DNA of 64,000 nucleotides, taken from a virus. Where the stretch lies: positions 2,677 to 66,676 of the IMG/VR virus record IMGVR_UViG_3300017971_000041; one strand, 5' to 3'. The translations under genes and the position numbers were made by a program. Position 1 is the first letter of the stretch; every line of letters starts with the position of its first letter. Positions 1 to 9,587 of the stretch are shown here, piece by piece. The notes beneath the pieces were generated by a model. The model was not told the origin of the DNA and made no database searches. It saw nothing but the letters and a program-made list of their open reading frames with translations.

Positions 1-2
1 AT

Positions 3-1082
3 ATTTTTGAGAATAACGTCCAACTTGGCACAACCCGCGTGGCTACACTCGCAGATCGGGTTCTTCGGAACAATGAAATTTTCGAGTTGGTTGGTCATGA
101 AGGGAGTTTTAGAAATACCACGGTTAATGGTTCGGTAACAGGTGAGTCTCTGGACCTGGGTGTCATTGATGATCCGGTAAAAGGACGTGCTGAAGCAAAC
201 AGTAAAACGATTCAGGAAAAGACTTGGGATTGGTTTACAGACGATTTTTATACAAGATTTTCAGAATATGCTGGTTTATTACTGATTTTAACTCGCTGGT
301 CGGTTATGGATCTCGCGGCTCGGTTAAAAGAAAGCGAGCGAAATGTTAAAACGGTAACATTCCGAGCTATTGCTCAGGAGGATGAAGAACATCGAGAACG
401 GGGGGAGGCACTTTTCCCCGAACATAAATCGCTTGACTTCCTTAAAAAGCGAAAAAAGAAAATGTCCCTGCATAACTGGGAGGCTTTGTATCAACAGAAC
501 CCAGTATTAAAATCAGGAAACATTTTTAATTCTGACAATTGGAGATGGTACATTCGACTACCAGCTATTCGTTATAAGTTTATCGTCGTTGATACCGCCC
601 AGAAAAAGAATAACTGGAATGACTTTACAGACTTTCAATGCTGGGGTCATGGATATGACAATTGCATTTACTTGCTAGACCATGTCCATGACCGAATAGA
701 AGCACCGGAATTGAGGAAACTGGCTGAAGCGTTTTACCAGAAACACGATACTAAACGAATTGAACCCGACGACCCCCTACTCCGTGGTATTTGGATTGAG
801 GACAAGTCGTCTGGGATCGGGCTAATTCAGGAGCTTCGAAAGAAAAAATTAAAAGTCAATGCAATCCCCCGGTCCGTGGATAAAATTCAGAGAGCATTTG
901 ATACTACTCCTTATATCTCAGCTGGGCAGGTGTTTTTAAACGAAGACGTTAATAAAGTTGGAGTTATACTTGGAGAATCGGTTGTATTTCCAAATGGTCT
1001 TCATGACGACGCAATCGATAATGTAATGAATGCCATCGATGTGGCTTTTATTTCTGGAACCGATCAAATATTTATAGCATAA
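3..1082 (+). CDS. terL: Terminase large subunit, 5'-truncated by the window edge
   Basis: Frame is open from base 3. Walker B-like 'LGVIDDPVK', 'TRWS..DLA', nuclease motifs 'VDTAQK..NDFT', 'IEDKSSG', 'HDDAIDN'. Lies directly before the portal. Confidence 0.9.
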   Translation: MFENNVQLGTTRVATLADRVLRNNEIFELVGHEGSFRNTTVNGSVTGESLDLGVIDDPVKGRAEANSKTIQEKTWDWFTDDFYTRFSEYAGLLLILTRWSVMDLAARLKESERNVKTVTFRAIAQEDEEHRERGEALFPEHKSLDFLKKRKKKMSLHNWEALYQQNPVLKSGNIFNSDNWRWYIRLPAIRYKFIVVDTAQKKNNWNDFTDFQCWGHGYDNCIYLLDHVHDRIEAPELRKLAEAFYQKHDTKRIEPDDPLLRGIWIEDKSSGIGLIQELRKKKLKVNAIPRSVDKIQRAFDTTPYISAGQVFLNEDVNKVGVILGESVVFPNGLHDDAIDNVMNAIDVAFISGTDQIFIA

Positions 1083-1093
1083 TAGGAACTGAC

Positions 1094-2323
1094 ATGCTTA
1101 ATTGGTTAAAAAGAAGATTCGAATCACGAAATATGGCTCGTTCTACGGCAGTAGTTGAGTATTCTGGGCAGGGCAAAAAGAATGCCCCGATTTATAAAAA
1201 TTGGACAATTGCCAAAGCGGTCAAAGAGGGATTCAAATCAAATACTTGGGTATACCGATCCGTGGTTTTAATTACAGATGCGTGTTCGTCGGTTCCTTGG
1301 TCAGTATATAGGGACGACTCATTGTCAGATCCGCTGCCCGATCATGCATTGACTAAGCTTTTAAAAGCTCCGAATCCGAATTTCTCGAAGCAAGATATGT
1401 TTGAGATGTTGGTTAGTTGGTTGGAATTGTCCGGGAACTCATATTTTTATAAAACACAGGTCGATGCAAAAACGGTTGAACTCTGGCCCATCTCTCCAGA
1501 CTTAATTGTTCCTGTTACCCCGGCGAAAGTCGACGAATGGGTTGGGGGATATAAATTAACTCGGGAGAAAAATAAACGGAAAATAACATTTACGGCGGAT
1601 CAAATTATCCATCACAAATACTTTAACCCGGCCGATGCTTTATTGGGGATCGGTCCTCTTGAAATTGCAGGACCAGTAGTCGACATCGACAACGACCAAA
1701 AAGACTTTAACAAGGATGCGGCACAAAACCGTGGTATTATTGACGGCGTGTTTGCTTTCAAAAAAGATATTCCCGATCAAGATACAGCGGATGCACTTCG
1801 GGATCGAATTGAGGAGTCATATAAAAAGAAACGAAAAAATATCGTATTGGGCTCGGAGGCTAAATACATTCGAACGGCGATGACTCCAACTGAAATGGAT
1901 TTTACACAGTCTCGGAAAGATAATCGAGATGAAATTTTTATTACTTTCGGGATTCCACCGGCACTGGGTGGGTCGATGGATGCTTCTACTTACAATAACT
2001 ATCAAGTATCGGAATGGATTTTTTGGACTGCTACCATAATTCCGAAATTGAAAAAAATTGCTGATACTTTTAATTTGGCTTTTCGGGACGAGAAAAAGGA
2101 ACAAGAACAAATTGCTCCGATGCTCAATAAAGTTCCGGCAATACGTCAAATGGTTTCAGAAAAATCCAAAATTGCCGAGCGATTGTCAAAGGCTGGGATC
2201 CCCGTACAACAGATAAATCAGATTCTAGAGCTCGGAGTAAAGAAGTATAAGGGTTGGGATCAGCCATATAGGTCATCGTCGTCTGGTAACAATAAAAACC
2301 CAGACACCACGGAGGGCGAATAA
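1094..2323 (+). CDS. Portal protein, HK97 family
   Basis: 'VYRSV..I', 'L..PNP', 'LELSGNSY', 'LWPI.P', 'IIH..YFNP...GIGPL', 'FGIPP', 'TIIP'. Position after terL. Confidence 0.93.
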   Translation: MLNWLKRRFESRNMARSTAVVEYSGQGKKNAPIYKNWTIAKAVKEGFKSNTWVYRSVVLITDACSSVPWSVYRDDSLSDPLPDHALTKLLKAPNPNFSKQDMFEMLVSWLELSGNSYFYKTQVDAKTVELWPISPDLIVPVTPAKVDEWVGGYKLTREKNKRKITFTADQIIHHKYFNPADALLGIGPLEIAGPVVDIDNDQKDFNKDAAQNRGIIDGVFAFKKDIPDQDTADALRDRIEESYKKKRKNIVLGSEAKYIRTAMTPTEMDFTQSRKDNRDEIFITFGIPPALGGSMDASTYNNYQVSEWIFWTATIIPKLKKIADTFNLAFRDEKKEQEQIAPMLNKVPAIRQMVSEKSKIAERLSKAGIPVQQINQILELGVKKYKGWDQPYRSSSSGNNKNPDTTEGE

Positions 2324-2536
2324 GAGGCCCAGACAAGGGCCCAGACCCAGATTGAGGGTGAGGATGAGGGAAAACCCCAGACTCTGGGTGTTGAAATTGC
2401 TTTAAAACACGAAATTCGAGCTATTGATCAGGAGAAGGAACGTGAAACCCAGGCCCAGAAGGTCCTGTACCCAATTTTTAAACGTTACTTAAAATCAGTT
2501 AAGGACAAAATTGATGGTGTTTTTAAACAAAACCAG

Positions 2537-3343
2537 ATGCCACAATTGCAAAATTCCAATTATGTCAATAGCTTAATCGTTCCAGTCTGGGAAAAATACC
2601 AGACTGATATCGAGGCTGGGTTCAAAAAAATTGCTAATTTTTTTGCTTGGCAGATGGTTTTTGAAGTCCGCGCCTCAAATCCGGGTGCAGGTAAAGATGC
2701 AATAAATAAGGCATTGGGGAGTTTACTTGATGCTTATTTAGAAAAAGAACGTATAATTTTGAAGGAAAAGTCCCACATAGAAGAGACTACTACTGACAAA
2801 ATCGTTGATATTGTTCGAGATGGTGCCAAAGAAAAGAAAACGATCAAAGAAATGCAACAGGCAATTTCAGATTCAGGGACATTTTCACCTGAAAGATCAC
2901 TACGAATTGCTCGTACCATGACCGGTACAGGCGCCTCACTGGGACAATTACACATGGGCGTGGTAACAGGCGCGACTCATAAGTACTGGCGAGCTGCCGG
3001 CCATCAGACGAGGAAGCAACATCTGAAGCGGAACAATGAGAAACGGAAAATTAATGAAACATTTTCAAGGCAGTATGCAGAAAATATCATTGGACCAATG
3101 TATCCTGGAGATCCAAACATATGCGCTTCTGATCGAATCAACTGCCGCTGTTGGTCAACATTCACCATCGAAGGTAAACGTCAAGACGTCCTTGGAAAAC
3201 TTGACCGTGGTGAAATCACAGCTGAAGAGCTTTTAAACGACCTTGGCTTGTTGCCAGTCGATTCCGCTATTGTGGTTGGTACCGAGGCTATTATTGAAAC
3301 AGTAGCAGGCGAAGCATTGGAGGTTGAGGGGGTATCGGAATAA
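2537..3343 (+). CDS. Minor head morphogenesis protein (MuF/SPP1 gp7-like); the coding frame extends upstream to 2324
   Basis: 'RSLRIART', 'HKYW', 'TRKQH', 'MYPGDP...INCRC' motifs typical of MuF-like proteins. Confidence 0.82.
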   Translation: MPQLQNSNYVNSLIVPVWEKYQTDIEAGFKKIANFFAWQMVFEVRASNPGAGKDAINKALGSLLDAYLEKERIILKEKSHIEETTTDKIVDIVRDGAKEKKTIKEMQQAISDSGTFSPERSLRIARTMTGTGASLGQLHMGVVTGATHKYWRAAGHQTRKQHLKRNNEKRKINETFSRQYAENIIGPMYPGDPNICASDRINCRCWSTFTIEGKRQDVLGKLDRGEITAEELLNDLGLLPVDSAIVVGTEAIIETVAGEALEVEGVSE

Positions 3344-3407
3344 AATGAGATCCATAGAACATGATATTGACGATCTTCCAACAGATACAATTTATTAAGG
3401 AGTAAAT

Positions 3408-4634
3408 ATGAAACCTGAATATCGCCAAATCGGCAAAATACACGATTTCCGACAACAAGGGGATGAAGGGTTTGTTGATGCTTATTTGACAACCTGGGGT
3501 TCAATTGATTGGTATAATTCCACGTTTGCAAAGGGAGCATTTGCCGAGAGTTTTCGGACCGTGAAAATGAGGAATTTGTTTAATCATGAAACTCTTATTG
3601 GGAAGGTACTTGAGGCCCGGGAGGACGATATTGGCCCCTTTGTTCGAACTAAAATTAATCTAAAAACGACTGCCGGAAAAGACACATGGGAGCATATTGT
3701 CGCCGAAGACATCGATTGCTTTTCATTTGGGTTCAATGTAATTAAGGATTCTCGTAATAAAGCGGGTGTCCGGGTGTTAGAACAGGTTGAAGTTCTTGAG
3801 TGCGGTCCCGTTGTGTTCGAAGCAAATGGAACGGCCAAAATCGTTGATGTCCGCACAGGAACTCCCTTACGGGGAGACCAAATCGAGTGGAATAAAATGA
3901 CTCTCGAGGAAAGGAGTAAAATGGAAAAAGAAACAGATGCCCAGCCCGATGGGATAAAACAAGACGAAAAATGTGGAGAGGATAAGCGTAATATCGATTA
4001 TGATGTAACCAAAAGGCGAAATGAGTTGGTACGCCGAGGTTCGATCCTCCTTAATTCATTATTCCAGACTCTCGAGGACAATTATTATCCGGCGATTTGG
4101 GGCGAGGGATTAACGGGAGATGATGCGATTGCCAACATGGATCGAGCCATTGCGTCTTTCCACGGCGATTATATCGGATGGGTCCGGGAAATTTTTGTGG
4201 AATTCGGTGTCGACTCAACCGAAGCTCGCACCATCCAGATTGTGCCCAATGCAAACTCGGAATTGGTCAAGGCTTTCAGGTCGGTAGTTAAAGATCTCGA
4301 AGAAAAAGCCATTGCCAGCTCGTTCACGGTTGACGAATTAAGAACCCTCTCCCGTGGTAATTTGTTACCGATTGAAGTCCGTTCAAAACTCACTGAATTG
4401 GGGGAAGAAGTCGAGGGAGCTCACCGTCGTGCTCGAACTGCATTGGTTGAGCAATTATGCGCAGAAATCCGAGCTGGCGGCCTGACGGATGCTGATGTAT
4501 CGAGGATTCAGGCTTTGCTGCCTCAGCCTGTTAAAGATGGTAAGGATCCTGAAGCTGTCGAAAGTGTCTGGGAATCCTTGGATTCCAAATTTCGATCAAT
4601 CCTTTTGGGAACTGAAGAACCCGAAACCAAATAA
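3408..4634 (+). CDS. HK97-family prohead protease with long C-terminal extension
   Basis: 'KGAF..S', 'LFNHE..IG', 'ED..G', 'FSFGF', 'LECGPVVFEAN..A.I..VR'. RBS AAGGAG. Precedes the capsid gene. Confidence 0.88.
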   Translation: MKPEYRQIGKIHDFRQQGDEGFVDAYLTTWGSIDWYNSTFAKGAFAESFRTVKMRNLFNHETLIGKVLEAREDDIGPFVRTKINLKTTAGKDTWEHIVAEDIDCFSFGFNVIKDSRNKAGVRVLEQVEVLECGPVVFEANGTAKIVDVRTGTPLRGDQIEWNKMTLEERSKMEKETDAQPDGIKQDEKCGEDKRNIDYDVTKRRNELVRRGSILLNSLFQTLEDNYYPAIWGEGLTGDDAIANMDRAIASFHGDYIGWVREIFVEFGVDSTEARTIQIVPNANSELVKAFRSVVKDLEEKAIASSFTVDELRTLSRGNLLPIEVRSKLTELGEEVEGAHRRARTALVEQLCAEIRAGGLTDADVSRIQALLPQPVKDGKDPEAVESVWESLDSKFRSILLGTEEPETK

Positions 4635-4681
4635 AGATCAATCCCAAAAAAAATTTATAACAAAAAAGAAGGAGAAACAAC

Positions 4682-5908
4682 ATGGCCACACCCGAAATGA
4701 AAAAGGAATACGACAATTTCCGAACCATTCTGGAGGAATTTCGTACCACAAACGACAAACGCCTGGAAGAAATTGAAGCTCGTAATGGAGAAGTCCTGGC
4801 GGAAACTCGGGAAAAGCTCGAGACCGTCGAGACAAAGCTGAATGAAAGTGCCAAGCACCTGGATGAATTGAGGACCGCGGCGAACCGTCCCAACATTGTA
4901 CTGGGCAGCGAGAACATGACTGCCGAGGAACGGCAAATCCAGGAAGTTCGAAAACGTGCATTCGTGAAATATATTCGCTATGGTCTGGGTGAGGAATCTC
5001 GCCAGCAATTTCAGCCGGAAGAAATTCGTGCCTTGTCTGGGGCTTCCGACGCCGACGGTGGTTTCCTGGTACCCATCGAATTCGAATCCAACATTATCAT
5101 GAAGGCGTACAACATGGCCGAACTTCGTCCCATTTGTAACGTTGGGACAACCGGAAGAGACACCGTAGTATCCGGATCTCTGGCCAAACCCGTGGTTGCC
5201 TGGGGTCGTACCGCTATTGCCGTCTCCCCACAGGATCTCGCCTCTGGCGGGTCCATTTTACATGTTCGTACCATCAAGGGTTTGCTTCCCATGGACAACG
5301 ATACCCTGGAAGATGCCGAAGCGGATATTGTCGGCGAGCTGGAAGACGGTTTCTCACGGGCCATCGCCGAAGCCGAAGACGATGCCTTTGCTGTCGGCGC
5401 GGGTGATGATTCCCCCCATGGCGTTGGGTCCAATTCGACCGTCCAGGCCAATTATGCGGCTTCCGGAGTTGCCGCAGCTTTATCCGATTCCACCCACAAC
5501 GGTGTAGACGCAATCATTTCCGCCTATTTTAAAATCAAGAAAACCTATCGCCGGAACGGCGTATGGGCCATGAACTCCACGACCGAGGGAGCTGTCCGTA
5601 AACTGAAAGATGGTAACGGCCAGTATTTGTGGCAACCGGCCGTCGATGCCGATTCTCCGAATACTCTTCATGGCAAGGTGGTAAAGAATGCCGAAGGCTT
5701 ACCCGACATCGCTGCCGGAGCCTTTCCGATCCTGTTCGGTGACTGGTTCGCCGGCTACAAAATCCGGGACCGCCGTGGAATCCTGGTTCAGCGTCTCGTT
5801 GAAAAATATGCTGAATATGGACAGACTGCCATCCTCGTCTCTAAACGTCTCGCGGGCGGCGTCGTACTGCCGGAAGCATTTTCGTGCGTTAAGATCGCGG
5901 CTTCTTAA
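4682..5908 (+). CDS. Major capsid protein, HK97 fold
   Basis: N-terminal coiled-coil delta domain, 'DGGFLVP', 'LEDA', 'F..G.G...P.G', 'KLKDGNGQYLWQP', 'FGDW', 'RLAGGV'. Strong RBS. Confidence 0.96.
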   Translation: MATPEMKKEYDNFRTILEEFRTTNDKRLEEIEARNGEVLAETREKLETVETKLNESAKHLDELRTAANRPNIVLGSENMTAEERQIQEVRKRAFVKYIRYGLGEESRQQFQPEEIRALSGASDADGGFLVPIEFESNIIMKAYNMAELRPICNVGTTGRDTVVSGSLAKPVVAWGRTAIAVSPQDLASGGSILHVRTIKGLLPMDNDTLEDAEADIVGELEDGFSRAIAEAEDDAFAVGAGDDSPHGVGSNSTVQANYAASGVAAALSDSTHNGVDAIISAYFKIKKTYRRNGVWAMNSTTEGAVRKLKDGNGQYLWQPAVDADSPNTLHGKVVKNAEGLPDIAAGAFPILFGDWFAGYKIRDRRGILVQRLVEKYAEYGQTAILVSKRLAGGVVLPEAFSCVKIAAS

Positions 5909-5929
5909 TTCTCGAATTATCCGGCCCCT

Positions 5930-6016
5930 AAAAGGCGGAGTTGTGAAGCCTCCCACATAATACCCTGTACCTTGATCTCGCGGGTCCTTGGGAAAGGGTT
6001 CTCCGCCTTTTTTTTA
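5930..6016 (+). terminator. Long stem with U-tract after the capsid gene
   Basis: AAAAGGCGGAG (5930-5940) pairs with CTCCGCCTTTT (6001-6011), followed by a T run. Confidence 0.5.
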
Positions 6017-6033
6017 AAAATGAAAGGAATAAC

Positions 6034-6960
6034 ATGTTTTTTCTAAAAACTATAAAGAAATTCTGGTTTGAATTGTTTTTTATTGTATTGGCATTTTTAT
6101 TTTGTATCACCGAAGTCAATGCGCAATTTTACCGTCCACATGTTCGGACTCAGTCGTTGTCAGTTATCGGAGACGCCGCTATTGAGGAAGACAGTTCTGG
6201 CGGAAACCTCGGGGCGAAAAATCAATTGACGGGATTGGTTAATATGGGGCTGGTCGCTGTTGGGACGATGGTTGATGGTAGTGGTGAAACGACTTCGTAC
6301 ATGGATGATACTCCCACAGGTGAGTGGACTGAGGTCGATGCAAATGCAGCGGTTACGTTGACAGCCGATACTTCATATGCTCGAATCGGATCGAAGAGTT
6401 TAAAAATCGCTTTGACCGAAGACGCCGCTGCTGGAGATGGTGCATCTAATGATATTACCAATGATGACCTATCCAGCAATGAGTCCGTAGGTTTTTGGAT
6501 TTATGCTGGTGCGCCGATTACTTCAGGTGATTTTCAGGTAAAGCTTGACGATACCGACGGTACAGATCAAACTTATACAGTTGGCGCCGTAGCTGAGGGA
6601 GTATGGACGTGGATTGAATTAGACGTTTCCGGGTGTGATACGAATTGTGATACCACAGACAAAGTCCAGTTCCTCATGACGACACAAGGCGCGACGAATC
6701 TTGACGCAATTAATATTTATATTGACGGAATGTGGAAATGGGATGCCGATGCCGAAGAAGATTTGGGAACGACTATCGTTGACCACGGTGTGATTGGCGT
6801 CCAAACTGTTGCAACAGCAGCCGGCAGTGCGAACACGCCGGCCGTGAAAACCGAAAACACCGACTATTTTGTCCATTATGCGGCCACCGGAAACGACATG
6901 ATTGTGACCATTACCGATCAATCGGCGAATTCAGGAACCGTGGTAATTATGAAAGAATAG
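6034..6960 (+). CDS. Acidic beta-rich protein with Sec-type signal peptide; carbohydrate-binding-module-like
   Basis: MFFLKTIKK, hydrophobic core, VNA|Q cleavage-like site. 'GSKSLK', 'DLS..ESVGFWIY', 'W.WIELD', 'IYIDG' resemble jelly-roll CBM patterns. Confidence 0.6.
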   Translation: MFFLKTIKKFWFELFFIVLAFLFCITEVNAQFYRPHVRTQSLSVIGDAAIEEDSSGGNLGAKNQLTGLVNMGLVAVGTMVDGSGETTSYMDDTPTGEWTEVDANAAVTLTADTSYARIGSKSLKIALTEDAAAGDGASNDITNDDLSSNESVGFWIYAGAPITSGDFQVKLDDTDGTDQTYTVGAVAEGVWTWIELDVSGCDTNCDTTDKVQFLMTTQGATNLDAINIYIDGMWKWDADAEEDLGTTIVDHGVIGVQTVATAAGSANTPAVKTENTDYFVHYAATGNDMIVTITDQSANSGTVVIMKE

Positions 6961-7015
6961 TTCGGCATTCACAGTAATCGATTTTTAAACGAAATACTAT
7001 AAAAGGAGAAGTATT

Positions 7016-7393
7016 ATGAAGATGGATCCTGGAACTCTATATACGTTCGCTGAAGGCCTCTCAGCGCTGTCTCGCGCGGCCAGTACATATTATACCGCGG
7101 CTGTCGATCATGGTGCGAGCGGGCGAAGCGTCACTTTTTTCCTGTCGTGCGGTACGTTTGCAACTTCCTTGGCGGCAACCGTTCAGTATTCTGCCGACAA
7201 TAGTTCATGGACCGACGAGCCCAATACTACTGCCGGGAACGAAGTCAGTGCCTCTCTTACCACACCTGGAACCGTTCAATTGGATGTTCCCAACCCCCGA
7301 GAACGTTATTCCCGCCTTAAGATCGTTACTGGCGGTACGTGTGTATTCGGGGTAACCTCAGTTTCTGGGCCGAAACACTACGTTGACGCCTAG
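7016..7393 (+). CDS. Putative capsid decoration/cement protein
   Basis: Small S/T/A/G-rich beta protein ('QYSADNSSW.D', 'RYSRL') in the head module with strong RBS. Confidence 0.5.
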   Translation: MKMDPGTLYTFAEGLSALSRAASTYYTAAVDHGASGRSVTFFLSCGTFATSLAATVQYSADNSSWTDEPNTTAGNEVSASLTTPGTVQLDVPNPRERYSRLKIVTGGTCVFGVTSVSGPKHYVDA

Positions 7394-7412
7394 GCGCACA
7401 ATACCATAGCCT

Positions 7413-7438
7413 TGTGCCGGGATTACTATCCCGGCACA
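7413..7438 (+). terminator. Hairpin
   Basis: TGTGCCGGGA...TCCCGGCACA inverted repeat. Confidence 0.45.
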
Positions 7439-7454
7439 TATTTGGAGGACAAAA

Positions 7455-7688
7455 ATGCCGTATAAAATGATCCAAACCGTGGAAGCTGCAATTGATGGTG
7501 TAACTGTTAAGCAATACCGAGAAGGTGAAGTTTACGACAGTTTTGGAAACATGACGGAAATATTCATTGAAAACGAATGGGCTGCCGTCGATAAGCCGAC
7601 AATTGAGCCCGATGAAACGGCTTCACGGGCGCCCAAAGAGACACCGGAAAAAATCAAACCCAAAAAACGAACTATTAAAAAGAAATAG
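7455..7688 (+). CDS. Hypothetical protein (head-neck region)
   Basis: RBS GGAGG; 77 aa with a basic tail. Confidence 0.6.
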   Translation: MPYKMIQTVEAAIDGVTVKQYREGEVYDSFGNMTEIFIENEWAAVDKPTIEPDETASRAPKETPEKIKPKKRTIKKK

Positions 7689-7699
7689 CGGAGAAAACA

Positions 7700-8260
7700 A
7701 TGGCTTGGGAATTGTGTTCATATGATCAATTGAAGGACATCCTTGACCTCGAACAGGCGTTGATCTCTGGATATCCGGATCTCGTTGTTATAAAAGAATT
7801 GGTCGAGTATGCGATTGAGGCTTATTTATTCCGAGATCTCGAGAGTAAAGAACGATCTGAAAGTATTTATATTAATGATACTGCTCGATCAATCATTAGT
7901 CTACGGGCGATTCCGATTACAGATGTATCTTCGATCTCGTTAGTATCCGGCGAAACGACACTGACCTTGGTTGAAAACAGTGATTTTTTAGTTACTGATT
8001 ATGGGTTAAAACTGAGTAGTTTAGCTTCGAATTCAAGGTTGGATATTGTTTATACTGGCGGATATGCTGAGGACGCAATTCCCGAAGCCATCAATCGAGC
8101 AGCAGTTTTACAAACTGTTTTTGAGTTTCAGAACAAGGATCGATTAGGAGCTGAAACGATCTCGACTCAGGCTGGAACTGTAACCCGCCCGGCATTGGAT
8201 TTGCTGCCCCACATAAAACAATTGTTATTAAACTATAAGCATAAATTGTGTCTGATATGA
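7700..8260 (+). CDS. Head-tail adaptor (gp6/gp15-like)
   Basis: 'IEAYL.R.L', 'PI..V.SI', 'YTGGY...IPEAI..A', 'L..YK' pattern and position. Confidence 0.75.
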   Translation: MAWELCSYDQLKDILDLEQALISGYPDLVVIKELVEYAIEAYLFRDLESKERSESIYINDTARSIISLRAIPITDVSSISLVSGETTLTLVENSDFLVTDYGLKLSSLASNSRLDIVYTGGYAEDAIPEAINRAAVLQTVFEFQNKDRLGAETISTQAGTVTRPALDLLPHIKQLLLNYKHKLCLI

Positions 8261-8430
8261 AAGTCGAAAAATTAAAATCGTATTTGAAACAACCAAGCAC
8301 CTGGATCGGGATAGTTGCATTGCTGTCTCTTTTGGGTGTTAAAATAACTCCAGAGATGATTGAAAAATTGCCTCAAGCATGTTTGGTCATGGTCGGGTTA
8401 TATGAAATTATTCGAGACGAGGGAAAATGA
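8257..8430 (+). CDS. Small two-TM holin-like membrane protein
   Basis: 'LKQPSTWIGIVALLSLLGV.ITPE' plus a second hydrophobic segment. ATGA overlaps on both sides. Confidence 0.5.
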   Translation: MKVEKLKSYLKQPSTWIGIVALLSLLGVKITPEMIEKLPQACLVMVGLYEIIRDEGK

Positions 8431-9077
8431 CCAGTGAAACAAAAATAGAGGTCCACGGTGTGGCGGAAGTTCAGTCGTTGATCAATCGCATCCCCGCTGA
8501 ATTGTTTGATGAAGCACGAGATGCTTTTGCTGATGCAGTCCTTAAAGCCCAGGAAAAAACCTCCCGAAATTTACAAGGAGGTCCTTTGTTTACGAGAACG
8601 GGTCTTTTAGCGAGTTCAATTAATGCCGCCGTATCCGACAGGCGTGGTACATTGAAAACGCTAAAAGCTTCGGTCTTCAGTTCATTTATGGTTGGGAGTC
8701 AAGAAGTTCCATATGCGAAAATTCATGAAGTTGGGGGAACGATAACAGCAAAAAACAAATATTTAAAAGTCCCAGGCGGACCGTATTTAAATATTCCGTT
8801 ACCACCAAACAAAACCCCAGCAGGTGTTATGCGAATGACCCCGGCAATGGTTTTCCGATACGGTGGTTTTATTATTAAGTCAAGGAAACAAAATTATATT
8901 GTTATGATGCCTGAAAATCGTGCAAGCAGGACTGTAAAGTCTATTCCAATGTTTGTATTGAAAAAGTCAGTCAATATAAAACCCAGACTCGGTATGCGAA
9001 AAGCAGCAGAGGACCAAATCCCTACGCTACTTGGGCGTCTCCGGGCACTTCAATTTTCAGGAGGAACTCGTGGCTGA
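8427..9077 (+). CDS. Neck/tail completion protein (HK97 gp10-like)
   Basis: 'RTGLLASSI', 'VPYAKIHEVGGTI', 'YLNIPL', 'LKKSV.I.PR'. Confidence 0.65.
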   Translation: MTSETKIEVHGVAEVQSLINRIPAELFDEARDAFADAVLKAQEKTSRNLQGGPLFTRTGLLASSINAAVSDRRGTLKTLKASVFSSFMVGSQEVPYAKIHEVGGTITAKNKYLKVPGGPYLNIPLPPNKTPAGVMRMTPAMVFRYGGFIIKSRKQNYIVMMPENRASRTVKSIPMFVLKKSVNIKPRLGMRKAAEDQIPTLLGRLRALQFSGGTRG

Positions 9078-9576
9078 TACATGCATAAAACAAATATTGG
9101 ACAGCGTTAATACGCATCTGGGTTTTATTACCTTGGCTAATGGGTACCATTACGACATTCAAAAAATCGAACATGAACGAATAAAACCCTTTAATGGGTT
9201 TGATATACCGGCGATAAATTACTGGGAACTTGGTTTCTCGATTGGTGATGCTGGTGAATTGGCATATGGGTATGATAAACGGATTCTTCCAGTTTATTTT
9301 GAGGGCTATAATGCAAAATGGGACGACGGAAAATCAAATATTGAAGCGGACCAATTTGCGGCTGATATTTTAACTTGTTTGTATCGTACCTCGGCTGCTC
9401 CCAAAGTTTCTGATTCGATTAGTCGGAATCTAGGGGATTTGGTGGCTCATACAAAGATCAATCAGGTTCAGTATATCGTGGATGCAAGTGATAAGCCATA
9501 TTGTGGTGTTTTGGTTGTTGTTGAATTCCATTTCTTTGCAAAAATTGGCGACTTGTATAACATTGACAACATTTAA
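9070..9576 (+). CDS. Putative tail terminator
   Basis: GTG start after GGAGG. 'IT.ANGY..D' N-terminus. Position before the tail tube gene. Confidence 0.55.
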   Translation: MADTCIKQILDSVNTHLGFITLANGYHYDIQKIEHERIKPFNGFDIPAINYWELGFSIGDAGELAYGYDKRILPVYFEGYNAKWDDGKSNIEADQFAADILTCLYRTSAAPKVSDSISRNLGDLVAHTKINQVQYIVDASDKPYCGVLVVVEFHFFAKIGDLYNIDNI

Positions 9577-9587
9577 AGGAGATACAA

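Noticed and set aside
4489-5960. Many overlapping and antisense ORFs across the capsid gene (likewise 47086-47700 and 56399-57013)
   Set aside because: Shadow ORFs from codon bias of strongly expressed genes; no RBS or motifs.
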